From a virus: a stretch of DNA of 64,000 nucleotides. Both the position numbers and the translations under genes were made by a program. Below, in pieces: positions 15,632 through 24,360 of the stretch (positions within the stretch are counted from its first letter, which is position 1; each line of letters starts with the position of its first letter). The stretch spans positions 1 through 64,000 of the IMG/VR virus record IMGVR_UViG_3300035156_000175. One strand, 5' to 3'. The notes under the pieces are model-generated. The model saw only the letters and a list, made by a program, of their open reading frames with translations. It did not search any database and had not been told where the DNA came from.

Positions 15632-17076
15632 AATTTTGGGCTGGAGAAATTGACTCTTACAATCTGACCGTCAGCGCCAACGAAAAAGTGGCCAAGTTGA
15701 TGGCCGACCAGGCCGCGGCCGGTGCCAAGGCTGGCTGGATCGACGACTTGGTCGCCTCCCTGCCGCCGCTGTGGCGCCACCAGGGCGAAACGGCTGTCAT
15801 CGAAGTGAACGGTCCGCTGGTCGCTGGCTTCGCTGGCCTGGGCCGGATGTTCGGCACGGTCGGCTATGACGACCTGCTCAACGCCACGATCGAAGCGGCG
15901 TCGCACGTCGAAACCAAAAAACTGTTGTTTCATATCAACACCCCGGGCGGCGATGTGACCGGCCTGATGGAAGCCTGCGAGATGCTGGGCCAGATCACGG
16001 CGATGAAGCCGTCCGCCACGCACACCACGGAAATGATGTGCTCGGCCGGCTACTGGCTGGCCAGCGCGATCAAGGACAATGTCATCACTGCCGGCCCGAC
16101 TGCCCAGGTAGGCTCGATCGGCATCCTGCGGATCCATACCGAACAGTCCAAGGCCATGGAAGACCGCGGCGTCAAAGTCACGGTTATCCGCTCTGGCAAG
16201 TACAAGGCCGAGCTCAACTCTGTCGAGGAGCTGACTCCGGAAATCAAGGCACGCGTCGAGTCTCAGATGGCCGATGTGCACGGCATGTTCCGCGCTCAGG
16301 TGGCGAAGGGCCGGCCAAACCTGTCGGCCGAAGACTTGGCCGAAGTGACTGAGGGCCAGACCTTTCTGGGCAAGCGCGCTGTACAGGCCGGACTTGCCGA
16401 CAAGACAGGAAGTTTCGACCTGGCACTAAATTTGCTTGACAAGCGGAAACACTCCCGCGATACTTCTTCAAACTCGAAAGGCAAGGCCATGCAACTCACT
16501 CCTGAACAACTCAAAGCAATTTCCGCCGGCGCACCGCTGGCATCCTTCGGTCTGAACGATGATGGCACTGCCATGACCGCCGCCGAACTGGAAGCATATG
16601 CCGCCAAGGTCCGTGCTGACGCTGATGCCAAGGTCGCACAGGACGCAGAAGACACGCGCGCCAAGGCTGAGGCTGCTGCCGCTGCTGCGAACCAGGCCCA
16701 GGCTCCTCCTGCTGACGGCATGTCCGCTCTGCTCGACAAGCTGACCGCTTCGGCCACCGAAATCGCCAACCTGAAAGCTGCCGCTGTTGCGACTGCTGCC
16801 ATGGCCGCTACTCACGCTGACCTGCTGACCATCGCTCGCAGCGCCACGGCCAAGATGCTGATCCCGATGGGCGGCTCGCAAGCTGCTGTTGACGGCATGG
16901 ACGCCGCTGCTGTGATCGCTGAGCACGCTCGCGTCACGCCGCTGTTCCTGGAGAAATTCCCAGCCGGCCGCCAGTCCCAAGCTTCGAATGAAGACAGTAC
17001 ACATCAAGACCAGAAGGCGGCCATGCCGCTGGGTTTCCAGTTCGCGGTGAAAGCCGCCCCAACCGCCAAACGCTAA
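15628..17076 (+). CDS. S49/ClpP-type prohead protease fused to an Ala-rich scaffold-like C-terminal domain (lambda gpC-like)
   Basis: HINTPGGDVTG and MCSAGYWLAS motifs are typical of the SppA/S49 family. The C-terminal third is an Ala/Glu-rich coiled coil. Confidence 0.8.
   Translation: MKFWAGEIDSYNLTVSANEKVAKLMADQAAAGAKAGWIDDLVASLPPLWRHQGETAVIEVNGPLVAGFAGLGRMFGTVGYDDLLNATIEAASHVETKKLLFHINTPGGDVTGLMEACEMLGQITAMKPSATHTTEMMCSAGYWLASAIKDNVITAGPTAQVGSIGILRIHTEQSKAMEDRGVKVTVIRSGKYKAELNSVEELTPEIKARVESQMADVHGMFRAQVAKGRPNLSAEDLAEVTEGQTFLGKRAVQAGLADKTGSFDLALNLLDKRKHSRDTSSNSKGKAMQLTPEQLKAISAGAPLASFGLNDDGTAMTAAELEAYAAKVRADADAKVAQDAEDTRAKAEAAAAAANQAQAPPADGMSALLDKLTASATEIANLKAAAVATAAMAATHADLLTIARSATAKMLIPMGGSQAAVDGMDAAAVIAEHARVTPLFLEKFPAGRQSQASNEDSTHQDQKAAMPLGFQFAVKAAPTAKR
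16489..17076 (+). CDS. possible nested scaffold protein from an in-frame internal start (Nu3-like)
   Basis: In-frame ATG at 16489 (MQLTPEQLKAISAG...), preceded by the purine-rich GAAAGGCAAGG. Proposed by analogy with lambda C/Nu3. Confidence 0.3.
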   Translation: MQLTPEQLKAISAGAPLASFGLNDDGTAMTAAELEAYAAKVRADADAKVAQDAEDTRAKAEAAAAAANQAQAPPADGMSALLDKLTASATEIANLKAAAVATAAMAATHADLLTIARSATAKMLIPMGGSQAAVDGMDAAAVIAEHARVTPLFLEKFPAGRQSQASNEDSTHQDQKAAMPLGFQFAVKAAPTAKR

Positions 17077-17088
17077 GAGGAACTTGAC

Positions 17089-17565
17089 ATGGCTAAGCAA
17101 CACTATTTTCTGCCTACCGGCGCTACTCCGAAAGTCGTTCCTGTCCGTCTCGGCGCAGGTTCGGGTTCGGCCAACAACCTGAGCACGGCTGACGAGGGCA
17201 AGCTGATCAAGCTGGTCGCTGAGTCGCGTTACGACCTCTGTGTCGTCGGCGATGCTATCGAAGGCGTGATCTACGCTGTCGAGCCAGCAACGTCGCAAGG
17301 CTTTTCGATCGGTGGCCGCGTCAACGAAGGCGCCATCATGGCCATCGCTGACGGCTTGCAGGGCACCCCAGGCACCGGCACTCTGGCTGTTGGCGACTAT
17401 GTCGTTGCCGGCTCGATCACCGCCAAGGGCACCCGCCTGACCAGCTATCCAAAAGTATGCAAGGCCACGTCGCAGACTCCGGGCCCTCATGCCTGGCGCG
17501 TGATGTCGCTGACCCAAGTTGGCACCGGCGCCGTCGGTACCGCAGTCGTTATCGAACGCGTTTAA
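17089..17565 (+). CDS. head decoration-like protein (158 aa)
   Basis: Sits between the protease/scaffold and the major capsid gene. AAGAGGAA RBS. Gly/Ala/Val-rich, as expected of a beta-rich protein. Confidence 0.55.
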   Translation: MAKQHYFLPTGATPKVVPVRLGAGSGSANNLSTADEGKLIKLVAESRYDLCVVGDAIEGVIYAVEPATSQGFSIGGRVNEGAIMAIADGLQGTPGTGTLAVGDYVVAGSITAKGTRLTSYPKVCKATSQTPGPHAWRVMSLTQVGTGAVGTAVVIERV

Positions 17566-17589
17566 ACCGCCCTTTTCCAGGAGAATAAA

Positions 17590-18825
17590 ATGGGTTTTTT
17601 CAAGAACAAAAAGGGCGATGTTCAGCACGTTGAGCTGGATCTGACCGTCTACAATCAGGCGAAAGCCGAGAACAAGACAGTGGCGCAAGTCATCAACTCG
17701 AAGTTCGCGGCTGACGTGGACGACTCCCTCGGTACCGCGTTCCAGCAGATCTGTGCTTCGAACGGTCTGACCCTGGTTGGCGCCAATCCGTTCGGTCTGA
17801 AGAACGGCACCGTGGCTGACATTCTGGACGGCAGCTGCTCGTTCCAGGCCGGCCCCGCCAACACCAAGGATCGTCCAGATCCTTGGGGCAACCAGTCGCG
17901 CCTGCTGTTCCCGTCGGCCGTGCTGGAAATGGTCGAAGACATGTTCTACGACAGCCGCGCTGACGACGACGTCGTATTCCGCGACCTGGTGAAGACCACG
18001 GTCTCGATCGCTGGTGACACGTATCGCCAGCCAGTGCTGTCCTACCAGACCGCAGGCGGCCCTAACGCCGGCGCCCTGGGTGCCAAGGCTTCGCGCGTTA
18101 CCCAGCTGGGTGAAGTGCCGAACATCCTGAAGATCACGACCTCGGATCGTAACTTCACGATCCCTGCGTACGGTATCGGTATCGAGATGAGCCAGGAAGC
18201 CATGAAGGGCACCACGCTCGACATGTTTGGCCTGACCGTCAAGCGCTACGTCGACATCGAGCACAACGCTCGCGTCTACGGCTACCTGTCGAGCCTGTTC
18301 CTGGGCGACGTCGACCGCGGCACCAGCGCCATCACCGCTGTGACCACGACCGCGCTGGATTCGGCCGCTACCGGCGGCGTTGTGACCCACAAGTCGTGGA
18401 TCAAGTTCCTGGCCCGCAATCGCCGTCGTCGTAAGATCACCCACGTGATGTGCGATCTGGACACGTACCTGAAGATCGAAGGCCGCACCGGTCGTCCTGG
18501 TTCGAACAACTACGACCCATCCCTGGCGCGCCTTGACCCGCAGATCACCCCAGTCAACAGCGGCATGGTTGGCTTCGGTAACGACGTGAAGTGGTGGATC
18601 GTGGACGACGCTGCCAACGGCGGCCCAGTTCCGGCCAACACCGTCTGGGCACTTGACCAGTCGCAAGCGATCAAGCTGATCAAGAACACCGAAGCCGACT
18701 TCAAGGCGACGGAAGAGTTCGTACTGCGCCGCGCCAGCCGGATGGTGTGGACATGGGCGGAGGAAGTTGACAGGCTCTTCGGCGAGACCGATCAGATGGC
18801 TTTTGACGTACTTACCATCGCGTAG
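17590..18825 (+). CDS. major capsid protein (lambda gpE-like position)
   Basis: 411 aa. AGGAG RBS. Followed by a strong terminator. Gene order matches a lambda-like head module. Confidence 0.8.
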   Translation: MGFFKNKKGDVQHVELDLTVYNQAKAENKTVAQVINSKFAADVDDSLGTAFQQICASNGLTLVGANPFGLKNGTVADILDGSCSFQAGPANTKDRPDPWGNQSRLLFPSAVLEMVEDMFYDSRADDDVVFRDLVKTTVSIAGDTYRQPVLSYQTAGGPNAGALGAKASRVTQLGEVPNILKITTSDRNFTIPAYGIGIEMSQEAMKGTTLDMFGLTVKRYVDIEHNARVYGYLSSLFLGDVDRGTSAITAVTTTALDSAATGGVVTHKSWIKFLARNRRRRKITHVMCDLDTYLKIEGRTGRPGSNNYDPSLARLDPQITPVNSGMVGFGNDVKWWIVDDAANGGPVPANTVWALDQSQAIKLIKNTEADFKATEEFVLRRASRMVWTWAEEVDRLFGETDQMAFDVLTIA

Positions 18826-18840
18826 TCAGAATGACAACAT

Positions 18841-18868
18841 AAAAGCCCCGCAAGGGGCTTTTATTTTG
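18841..18868. terminator. bidirectional intrinsic terminator
   Basis: AAAAGCCCC-GCAA-GGGGCTTTT with T-runs on both strands. It lies between the convergent capsid and GIY-YIG genes. Confidence 0.8.
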
Positions 18869-19646
18869 GTACATACGCATACTGAGTACCGCAAGGCGAT
18901 GAAGTTTTACCGTTGCAGTAGTTGCTGATGGATGCGGGATTCTTTCTGGCCCAGGCTGCCGCCAAATTGCAGGAAGCAAATTCCAAGGGAAGCAGCGCAC
19001 CAGGAGGCCATGCCCACACTGCGCGAATCTTAGCCAGACGCATTGCTTCTCTTGCAGCTGTGGTCGCTGTCTTCCCAGAATTCGCCGCGGCGATACGTGC
19101 CAAATGCTCTGGAGTGCGCGACTTAGCATGCTTCGACTGTTTGGCCCGCGTCTCTTCGCTCACCACCCGCGCCCGAGTCTTCGCTGCCACCTTTTCCCAG
19201 TGCTCGGGCGGTCGTTGACGGTTCGCTTCTGCCATTCGGGCCCGAGTCTCAGCTGAACGAGCCTTTCCTCGCCCAGCAGCCGATACCTTGGCAATTTGCT
19301 CAGCTGTCATTTTGTACCCGGAAACTCCTTCACCGCCTGCAGTGAGGTTGTATCCTCCAGGAGATATGCAACCGCGAGCCGCGATCACGGTCATCTCAAG
19401 GTCCAGCATTTCAGCGTCAGTGCCGGTGGCGTAGATGCAACAATCGAAGGCGTCAATGCCGTAGGCGGCGATCGCCCGGCTGAGGAAAATAGAGCTGTTG
19501 GCGCGGCGCTGATGGCGACCCAGACGCTGACGCACGTTGATCGATTTGCCCACGTACTCTTTACCGCTGTTGCGGTGTCGGATGATATACAGTCCGCACA
19601 CTGCCGGCAGCTGGCGCCACTGGTTGAGCGGGACCCAGTTACTCAT
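18861..19646 (-). CDS. GIY-YIG homing endonuclease with NUMOD3-like repeats
   Basis: GLYIIRH...YVGKS...R...H and YNLTAGGEG motifs. Repeated SAETRARMAEA and SEETRAKQSKH segments. Antisense to the structural operon. Confidence 0.8.
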   Translation of the reverse strand: MSNWVPLNQWRQLPAVCGLYIIRHRNSGKEYVGKSINVRQRLGRHQRRANSSIFLSRAIAAYGIDAFDCCIYATGTDAEMLDLEMTVIAARGCISPGGYNLTAGGEGVSGYKMTAEQIAKVSAAGRGKARSAETRARMAEANRQRPPEHWEKVAAKTRARVVSEETRAKQSKHAKSRTPEHLARIAAANSGKTATTAAREAMRLAKIRAVWAWPPGALLPLEFASCNLAAAWARKNPASISNYCNGKTSSPCGTQYAYVPK

Positions 19647-19788
19647 CACGCGGCTCTTTCAGATAAGCCTCCAGCGCGCGGCGGACGACCCAGGCCAACG
19701 GGCGGTCCAGCTTGACCGCCAGAGCTTCCAGTTGGGCGCGCAATGTCGGGTCCAACCGCAGATGCAGTGTTTCAGTTTTCTTTGCCAT
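19639..19788 (-). CDS. ribbon-helix-helix (CopG/Arc-like) small protein (49 aa)
   Basis: Below the track cutoff. AGGAGG RBS then ATG at 19788. Translation MAKKTETLHLRLDPTLRAQLEALAVKLDRPLAWVVRRALEAYLKEPRDE. Its stop overlaps the GIY-YIG start. Confidence 0.6.
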   Translation of the reverse strand: MAKKTETLHLRLDPTLRAQLEALAVKLDRPLAWVVRRALEAYLKEPRDE

Positions 19789-19888
19789 AGTGCCTCCTGT
19801 TTAAGTAGCCCAATTGTAGCACAGAGAGATACTTTGTCAAAGGAAACTTCCATGACATAATCCATTTACTTAACCACTGGAGTAAGAC

Positions 19889-20203
19889 ATGCGAATCATC
19901 GATAAAAAAGGCACCTGGGTGCGCAACGCTGGCGAGTTCGCCCTGCCGGATTACCCGCGCGGCACCGAGACCCCTGACGGCCAAATGGTCATGCTGCAGC
20001 CGGGCGAGCCGACCAAGGTCAACGTCAGCGACTACCTCAAAGGCCAGCCGATGCTGCAGCATTTGCGTCAGGTGGAAGACGGCGAGTTCGAAGTGATCGA
20101 GCCTGAGCCGGTCGCCGAACCGGCACCAGAAGCGGCACCAGAAGCGGCCGCGCCTGCAGCTGAGCCAGAAGCTGCCGCTGCATCAACCGGCAAAAAGAAA
20201 TGA
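19889..20203 (+). CDS. hypothetical virion-module protein with an acidic Pro/Ala/Glu-rich tail (104 aa)
   Basis: ORF track. GGAG RBS. Confidence 0.65.
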   Translation: MRIIDKKGTWVRNAGEFALPDYPRGTETPDGQMVMLQPGEPTKVNVSDYLKGQPMLQHLRQVEDGEFEVIEPEPVAEPAPEAAPEAAAPAAEPEAAAASTGKKK

Positions 20204-20365
20204 TCCGCGAAGGCATCGGCGGCGCCGACAAGAAACCTGACACAGTCTCGCAAGAGACGATCATTGGCACCGACGACAAGAAGCCTGGAGTATAATCGCA
20301 GCGCGCGGACATATCTCCGGGGTATGCCTGCAAGCCGCGCAGGGTTGGGGATTCCCGGCCGGAGT

Positions 20366-20395
20366 AAATCCCACCCACGAGGTGGGATTTCTTTT
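20366..20395 (+). terminator. terminator-like hairpin, copy 1
   Basis: AAATCCCACC-CACGA-GGTGGGATTT followed by CTTTT. Confidence 0.6.
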
Positions 20396-20472
20396 ACAAT
20401 AGGCACAACGACGCCGGAAACGCTTGGCACCTGGCGGTGCTGTGAATGCGCACCATGACGGTTAGCAATACC

Positions 20473-20498
20473 GCCCACCCACGAGGTGGGCTTTCTTT
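20473..20498 (+). terminator. terminator-like hairpin, copy 2 (same stem core and loop)
   Basis: GCCCACC-CACGA-GGTGGGC followed by TTTCTTT. Confidence 0.6.
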
Positions 20499-20547
20499 AC
20501 GCAAAGCAAAAAGAGTGCCATACTGCATCCATTCCTGGGAGCACTAA

Positions 20548-21036
20548 ATGGCATTCACCGATCTGACCTCTACTGCGAGCGTGCGCGCGGTGCTCGGCAT
20601 CTCCGAGCGCGAGCTGCGCGATGACGTCCTGCTCGACCCGATCTACTCGATCAACCTGACCGAGGACTTGGCCGAGATTCACCCGGACCTGTTCGACAGC
20701 TTTGTGTCGGCCGCCGGCGCCGCCTCGCCGACCACTCTTCAGAAGCGCTTCGTCGATATCGCGCAGACTTACGCGGCCTACAACATCGCCAAGCAGTGCC
20801 TGGGCGCAGTGGCCATGTTTGCTCCCAAGGTGATCAAAGACAGCCGCTCCGAGCTGCAGCGCAGCGAAGACCCTTATAAATTCCTGCGCGCCGACGTGCC
20901 GGCCGCACTGCTGGTGCTGCGCACGCGCCTGCGCGTGATCTATTCCCAGATCAACCCTGACGCGGTGCTGCCGAGCGCGACCGAACGCATCATGGCCGTG
21001 GCCAGCCCACTCGCCACCAACCCGGTAACTGGCTAA
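20548..21036 (+). CDS. putative head-tail adaptor or connector protein (162 aa)
   Basis: ORF track. GGGAG RBS. Call is from its position downstream of the capsid gene only. Confidence 0.5.
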   Translation: MAFTDLTSTASVRAVLGISERELRDDVLLDPIYSINLTEDLAEIHPDLFDSFVSAAGAASPTTLQKRFVDIAQTYAAYNIAKQCLGAVAMFAPKVIKDSRSELQRSEDPYKFLRADVPAALLVLRTRLRVIYSQINPDAVLPSATERIMAVASPLATNPVTG

Positions 21037-21212
21037 TGAGTAAATGGTGCCATTACTGTCGCAAGGACAGCCACAACGACGCGCAGTGCTGGAGCACGCG
21101 TATGGTGAGTGCTCCCGTCTCGAGGCCGGTGGGCAGCTTCCGGCTGCCGCCGCCCTCAACGCTCTGGCTGGCCATCATGTCGACCCTTGGAGCCGCTGAT
21201 GGACTTCGCTGA
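21036..21212 (+). CDS. possible CCHC zinc-knuckle peptide (58 aa)
   Basis: Below the track cutoff. TAATG overlap with the upstream stop. MSKWCHYCRKDSHNDAQCW gives C-x2-C-x4-H-x4-C. Its 3' end overlaps the next gene in another frame. Confidence 0.35.
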   Translation: MSKWCHYCRKDSHNDAQCWSTRMVSAPVSRPVGSFRLPPPSTLWLAIMSTLGAADGLR

Positions 21213-22035
21213 CGTCGCTGGCTATTTCGATGACGACCCGGTGTACGACGGCTACACCGGAGAGCTGTTGTTCTACTGCCACACCACACCTCACGATGAC
21301 CAGACGTCGTCCGGCGCCACCGCGCGCCGGCGAACCATGACGACTGAGAACGAGACGACTCCACCAGCGCGCGGCGTGGTCAAAGTGTATGAGAGCCGCT
21401 GGTTGGTGAGCGACAGTAATCCTGACGCATTCCAAGGCGAGCTGGTGCGCCGCAGCTACAGCCTGAAGAAGTCGACGGGCCTGATGGACTTGCTCACGCC
21501 TGGCCAAGCGGCCAAGAGCGGCGCCGGTCTGCCTTTCTACGCGCACAAGGAATATTTCCGGGACCAGGCGAACGCCCGGACCGAGTCCGACTGGGACGTG
21601 ATGTGGAACGTCTTCGCCGCGATGGCCGAGCCCATCGTCAAGGGTTCCTTCTTCCGCCAGGACGGGGTGCTTTTCCGTGTACGCAACTGCTACCCGTCGG
21701 TCGACCTGTTCCGGATTTCCGAGGCCGACCAGCTGGACGACGACGCCCTGCAGGCCGCAACCTTTACTACGGCCGGCGTGCTGAACTTGCGCACCGACAC
21801 GCTCGACAATTTTTCTCAGGCTGTCACCGTCATCCAGACCGATACCCAAAAGTTCTACCATTTCCGTACGCTGGGAGAAAACACCCAGCAGCCGGGCGAC
21901 CGTACTGTCTTTGTGGCCAAAGAGGACCTCACGCCCAAGGTCGGTGGCGAACTGACGATGCTCAGCGCGCGCTGGCGCATCGTCGCGGTCGTGCCAGAAC
22001 TTGACAGCTGGGCCTGCCAGGTGCGCTTGGCATGA
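21199..22035 (+). CDS. hypothetical virion protein (278 aa)
   Basis: ORF track 21109..22035. I prefer the ATG at 21199 (MDFADVAGYF...). Confidence 0.65.
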   Translation: MDFADVAGYFDDDPVYDGYTGELLFYCHTTPHDDQTSSGATARRRTMTTENETTPPARGVVKVYESRWLVSDSNPDAFQGELVRRSYSLKKSTGLMDLLTPGQAAKSGAGLPFYAHKEYFRDQANARTESDWDVMWNVFAAMAEPIVKGSFFRQDGVLFRVRNCYPSVDLFRISEADQLDDDALQAATFTTAGVLNLRTDTLDNFSQAVTVIQTDTQKFYHFRTLGENTQQPGDRTVFVAKEDLTPKVGGELTMLSARWRIVAVVPELDSWACQVRLA

Positions 22036-22574
22036 TCTCAATCGACACCGCCAAGCTCAAGATGAGTCTGGCCAAGCTGAAGACCGTCCGCAAGAAGGTG
22101 GCAGATACTGCCGACGGCATCTACAGGCAGAAGATCTATTACCTGCTCGAGGCGGCCGCGCGCGTCTCGCCGCAGTTCTCGGGCGACTTCGCCAGTAACT
22201 GGGCGCTGGTGATCGACGGTGACATGCCCGTCTATCGCCCGCATCCGGACAAGCTGTCGGGCCTAGGCGCGGTCGGCAAGTTGGGCGCCAATGGACAGAC
22301 CACCTACACCGCTGCCGCCAAACAGGCAGGCGACTTTGGCGCGGTGCAGACGGCGCTCACGCGCGGCGCCGCAGCTCTGCGCGGCGTGACGACAAAGAAC
22401 CGCGTGCACCTGGTGAACGCGACCGAGCTGTACACGCCAGACGGCCGGCGCATGGTCGGGCCCGACGGCACGGTCAACCTGCGGCCAGAGAACATCATCC
22501 CGGGGAACATCCGCATCGAAAGCTACGTGCGCAACCTGGCCAAGAACCCTATCAAATTGACGGTGCCGAAATGA
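22032..22574 (+). CDS. putative neck or head-tail joining protein (180 aa)
   Basis: ORF track. ATGA overlaps on both sides. Call is positional. Confidence 0.55.
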   Translation: MISIDTAKLKMSLAKLKTVRKKVADTADGIYRQKIYYLLEAAARVSPQFSGDFASNWALVIDGDMPVYRPHPDKLSGLGAVGKLGANGQTTYTAAAKQAGDFGAVQTALTRGAAALRGVTTKNRVHLVNATELYTPDGRRMVGPDGTVNLRPENIIPGNIRIESYVRNLAKNPIKLTVPK

Positions 22575-22987
22575 GTGAAACAGCTGCCCGCGTGGCCCTG
22601 CAAGAGGTGCTTGCCCAGATCCAGGAAGACCACGTGGCGTACCCGCTCGCGATCGAGCTCGACAACCGCTTCACGATCAACCAGGAAACCCAGGACAAGC
22701 CTTACCTCAAGGTGATGCTCGACTTCCTGCGCGCCGACCAGGCAGACATGGCGGACAAGCCGCGCACGCGACACCTTGGCCAGATCGTGCTCTCGATTGC
22801 GACCAAGCATGGCAGCGGCTGCCTGGAAGCCTCAGCCCTGCGCGACTTCGTCATGCCTTACTTCAACCTCAAGCAGCTTGGCCCGATGCAGTGCCAAGCG
22901 GCGGAACGGCACCGCAGTGTGCCCTTGGCAGGCTGGGAGCATTTCCCTGTGCTGATTAATTTTTGGCAACACGAAGTGTCCGCGTAG
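22571..22987 (+). CDS. putative tail completion or terminator protein (138 aa)
   Basis: ORF track. Immediately upstream of the tail tube gene. Confidence 0.5.
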   Translation: MSETAARVALQEVLAQIQEDHVAYPLAIELDNRFTINQETQDKPYLKVMLDFLRADQADMADKPRTRHLGQIVLSIATKHGSGCLEASALRDFVMPYFNLKQLGPMQCQAAERHRSVPLAGWEHFPVLINFWQHEVSA

Positions 22988-23062
22988 AAATAAATCGCAA
23001 ACAATTTCCGGATGGCATTAGTTTCTTGGTAGACTCACAGAAATTTACCAAGGAGCATCTAC

Positions 23063-24310
23063 ATGCCTACCGTCACTCTCGCATCTGCGAACCGTGTTCA
23101 GCTGTGCTACGTCCCAGAGACGTCGTTCGGCGACGTCCCTAATACCGGCAATCCGTACAACCTGCGCATGACCGGCGAATCGCTCGACTTCGCGCTCACC
23201 AAAGAGAACGACAAGGAGATCAACTCCTCGGCGCAGATGACCTCCGTCTCGACCATCAGCGCGCAAGCTTCTGGTGACATCAAGGTGCACGTACAGTATG
23301 GCGAGTATGACCGCTTCCTGGCCAGCACCCTGCGCTCCGCCTGGGCCGCGTACGGCACCAATGGCGTCGGCGCCACCTTTACCGGTTCGGTAACGGCCGG
23401 CACGCTCGGCACTGTGGCATCGGTGATCACCGCTTCGGTCGCGCCTACCGGCTCCAGCGCCTTCACGACCCTGAAGCCTGGCCAGTGGTTCGTCCTGAAC
23501 ATGCCTACCCATGCCAACCACGGCAAGCTGGTACGCAACTCGACCTCCGTCGCGGCAACCGCCACGACCATCACGCTGGACGTCAACACCCCGCTGGCCG
23601 CCGCTACGTCGGTCGCTTCGAGCTCGGTCGCCACGTCGCGCCTGACCAACGGCATCACGCTGACCCCGTTCTCGATCGAGCGCCAGATCTCGGAAGTGAA
23701 CCAGTACATGGTATTCCGCGGCATGTACCCATCGAAGTTCTCGACCTCGTTCGCGTCGGGCAGCCTGACCGAAGGCACCTTCTCGTTCATGGGCAAAGAC
23801 ATGAAGCGCGGCGCCGTGACCTGGCTGACCGGTGCTCCTGCAGCTTCGCTGGCATACGACATTCAGAATGCTGTGTCGGGCGTGGGCAACATCTGGGAGA
23901 ACGGTGCGCCGCTGGCGTCGACCTTCATCAAGAGCCTGTCGCTCGACCTGGACAGCGGCCTGCGCGGCCAAGACGCTATCGGCACCTTGGGTCTGGTCGG
24001 TGTCGGTATCGGTACGTTCATGGCCAAGGGCACGCTCGAAGTCTACTTCGCTGACGGCACGCTGTTCGACAAGTTCCTCGGCGACGTCTTTACCGCGATC
24101 AGCTTCTCGACCCGCGACACCGCCGGTAACGGTTATGTCTTCACCATGCCGCGCGTCCAGTTGACCGGCGCCAAGGTGCAGGCCGGCGCCAAGGATTCTG
24201 ACCTGATGGCCAGCTTCGAGTACACTGCCTACGCGGATATGGCCAACGCCAACGCCGCTCTGCGCCAGACGATGTTCATTGACCGCGTCGGTGCGGCAGT
24301 GGTACCGTAA
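23063..24310 (+). CDS. major tail (tube) protein (415 aa)
   Basis: AAGGAG RBS. Ser/Thr/Ala/Gly-rich, as expected of a beta-rich protein. Followed by a strong terminator. Sits upstream of the chaperones and tape measure. Confidence 0.7.
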   Translation: MPTVTLASANRVQLCYVPETSFGDVPNTGNPYNLRMTGESLDFALTKENDKEINSSAQMTSVSTISAQASGDIKVHVQYGEYDRFLASTLRSAWAAYGTNGVGATFTGSVTAGTLGTVASVITASVAPTGSSAFTTLKPGQWFVLNMPTHANHGKLVRNSTSVAATATTITLDVNTPLAAATSVASSSVATSRLTNGITLTPFSIERQISEVNQYMVFRGMYPSKFSTSFASGSLTEGTFSFMGKDMKRGAVTWLTGAPAASLAYDIQNAVSGVGNIWENGAPLASTFIKSLSLDLDSGLRGQDAIGTLGLVGVGIGTFMAKGTLEVYFADGTLFDKFLGDVFTAISFSTRDTAGNGYVFTMPRVQLTGAKVQAGAKDSDLMASFEYTAYADMANANAALRQTMFIDRVGAAVVP

Positions 24311-24331
24311 AGATCACGGTGGAGGTACTTT

Positions 24332-24360
24332 AGCCGCGGCCCTCGGGTCGCGGCTTTTTT
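24332..24360 (+). terminator. intrinsic terminator after the tail tube gene
   Basis: AGCCGCGGCCC-TCG-GGTCGCGGCT followed by TTTTTT. Confidence 0.75.

Noticed and set aside
16468-18666. 732-aa ORF antisense to the protease/scaffold, decoration and capsid genes
   Set aside because: Same reasoning as above. It spans three well-supported plus-strand genes and has no RBS, no motif and no fit with neighbouring genes.
20290-20400. Possible tRNA in the ORF-free gap of the head module, and a TTCGATTCC-like string near 10955
   Set aside because: I could not fold either into a cloverleaf. There is no 7-bp acceptor stem with matching T-arm, and the flanks of the T-loop-like strings do not pair.
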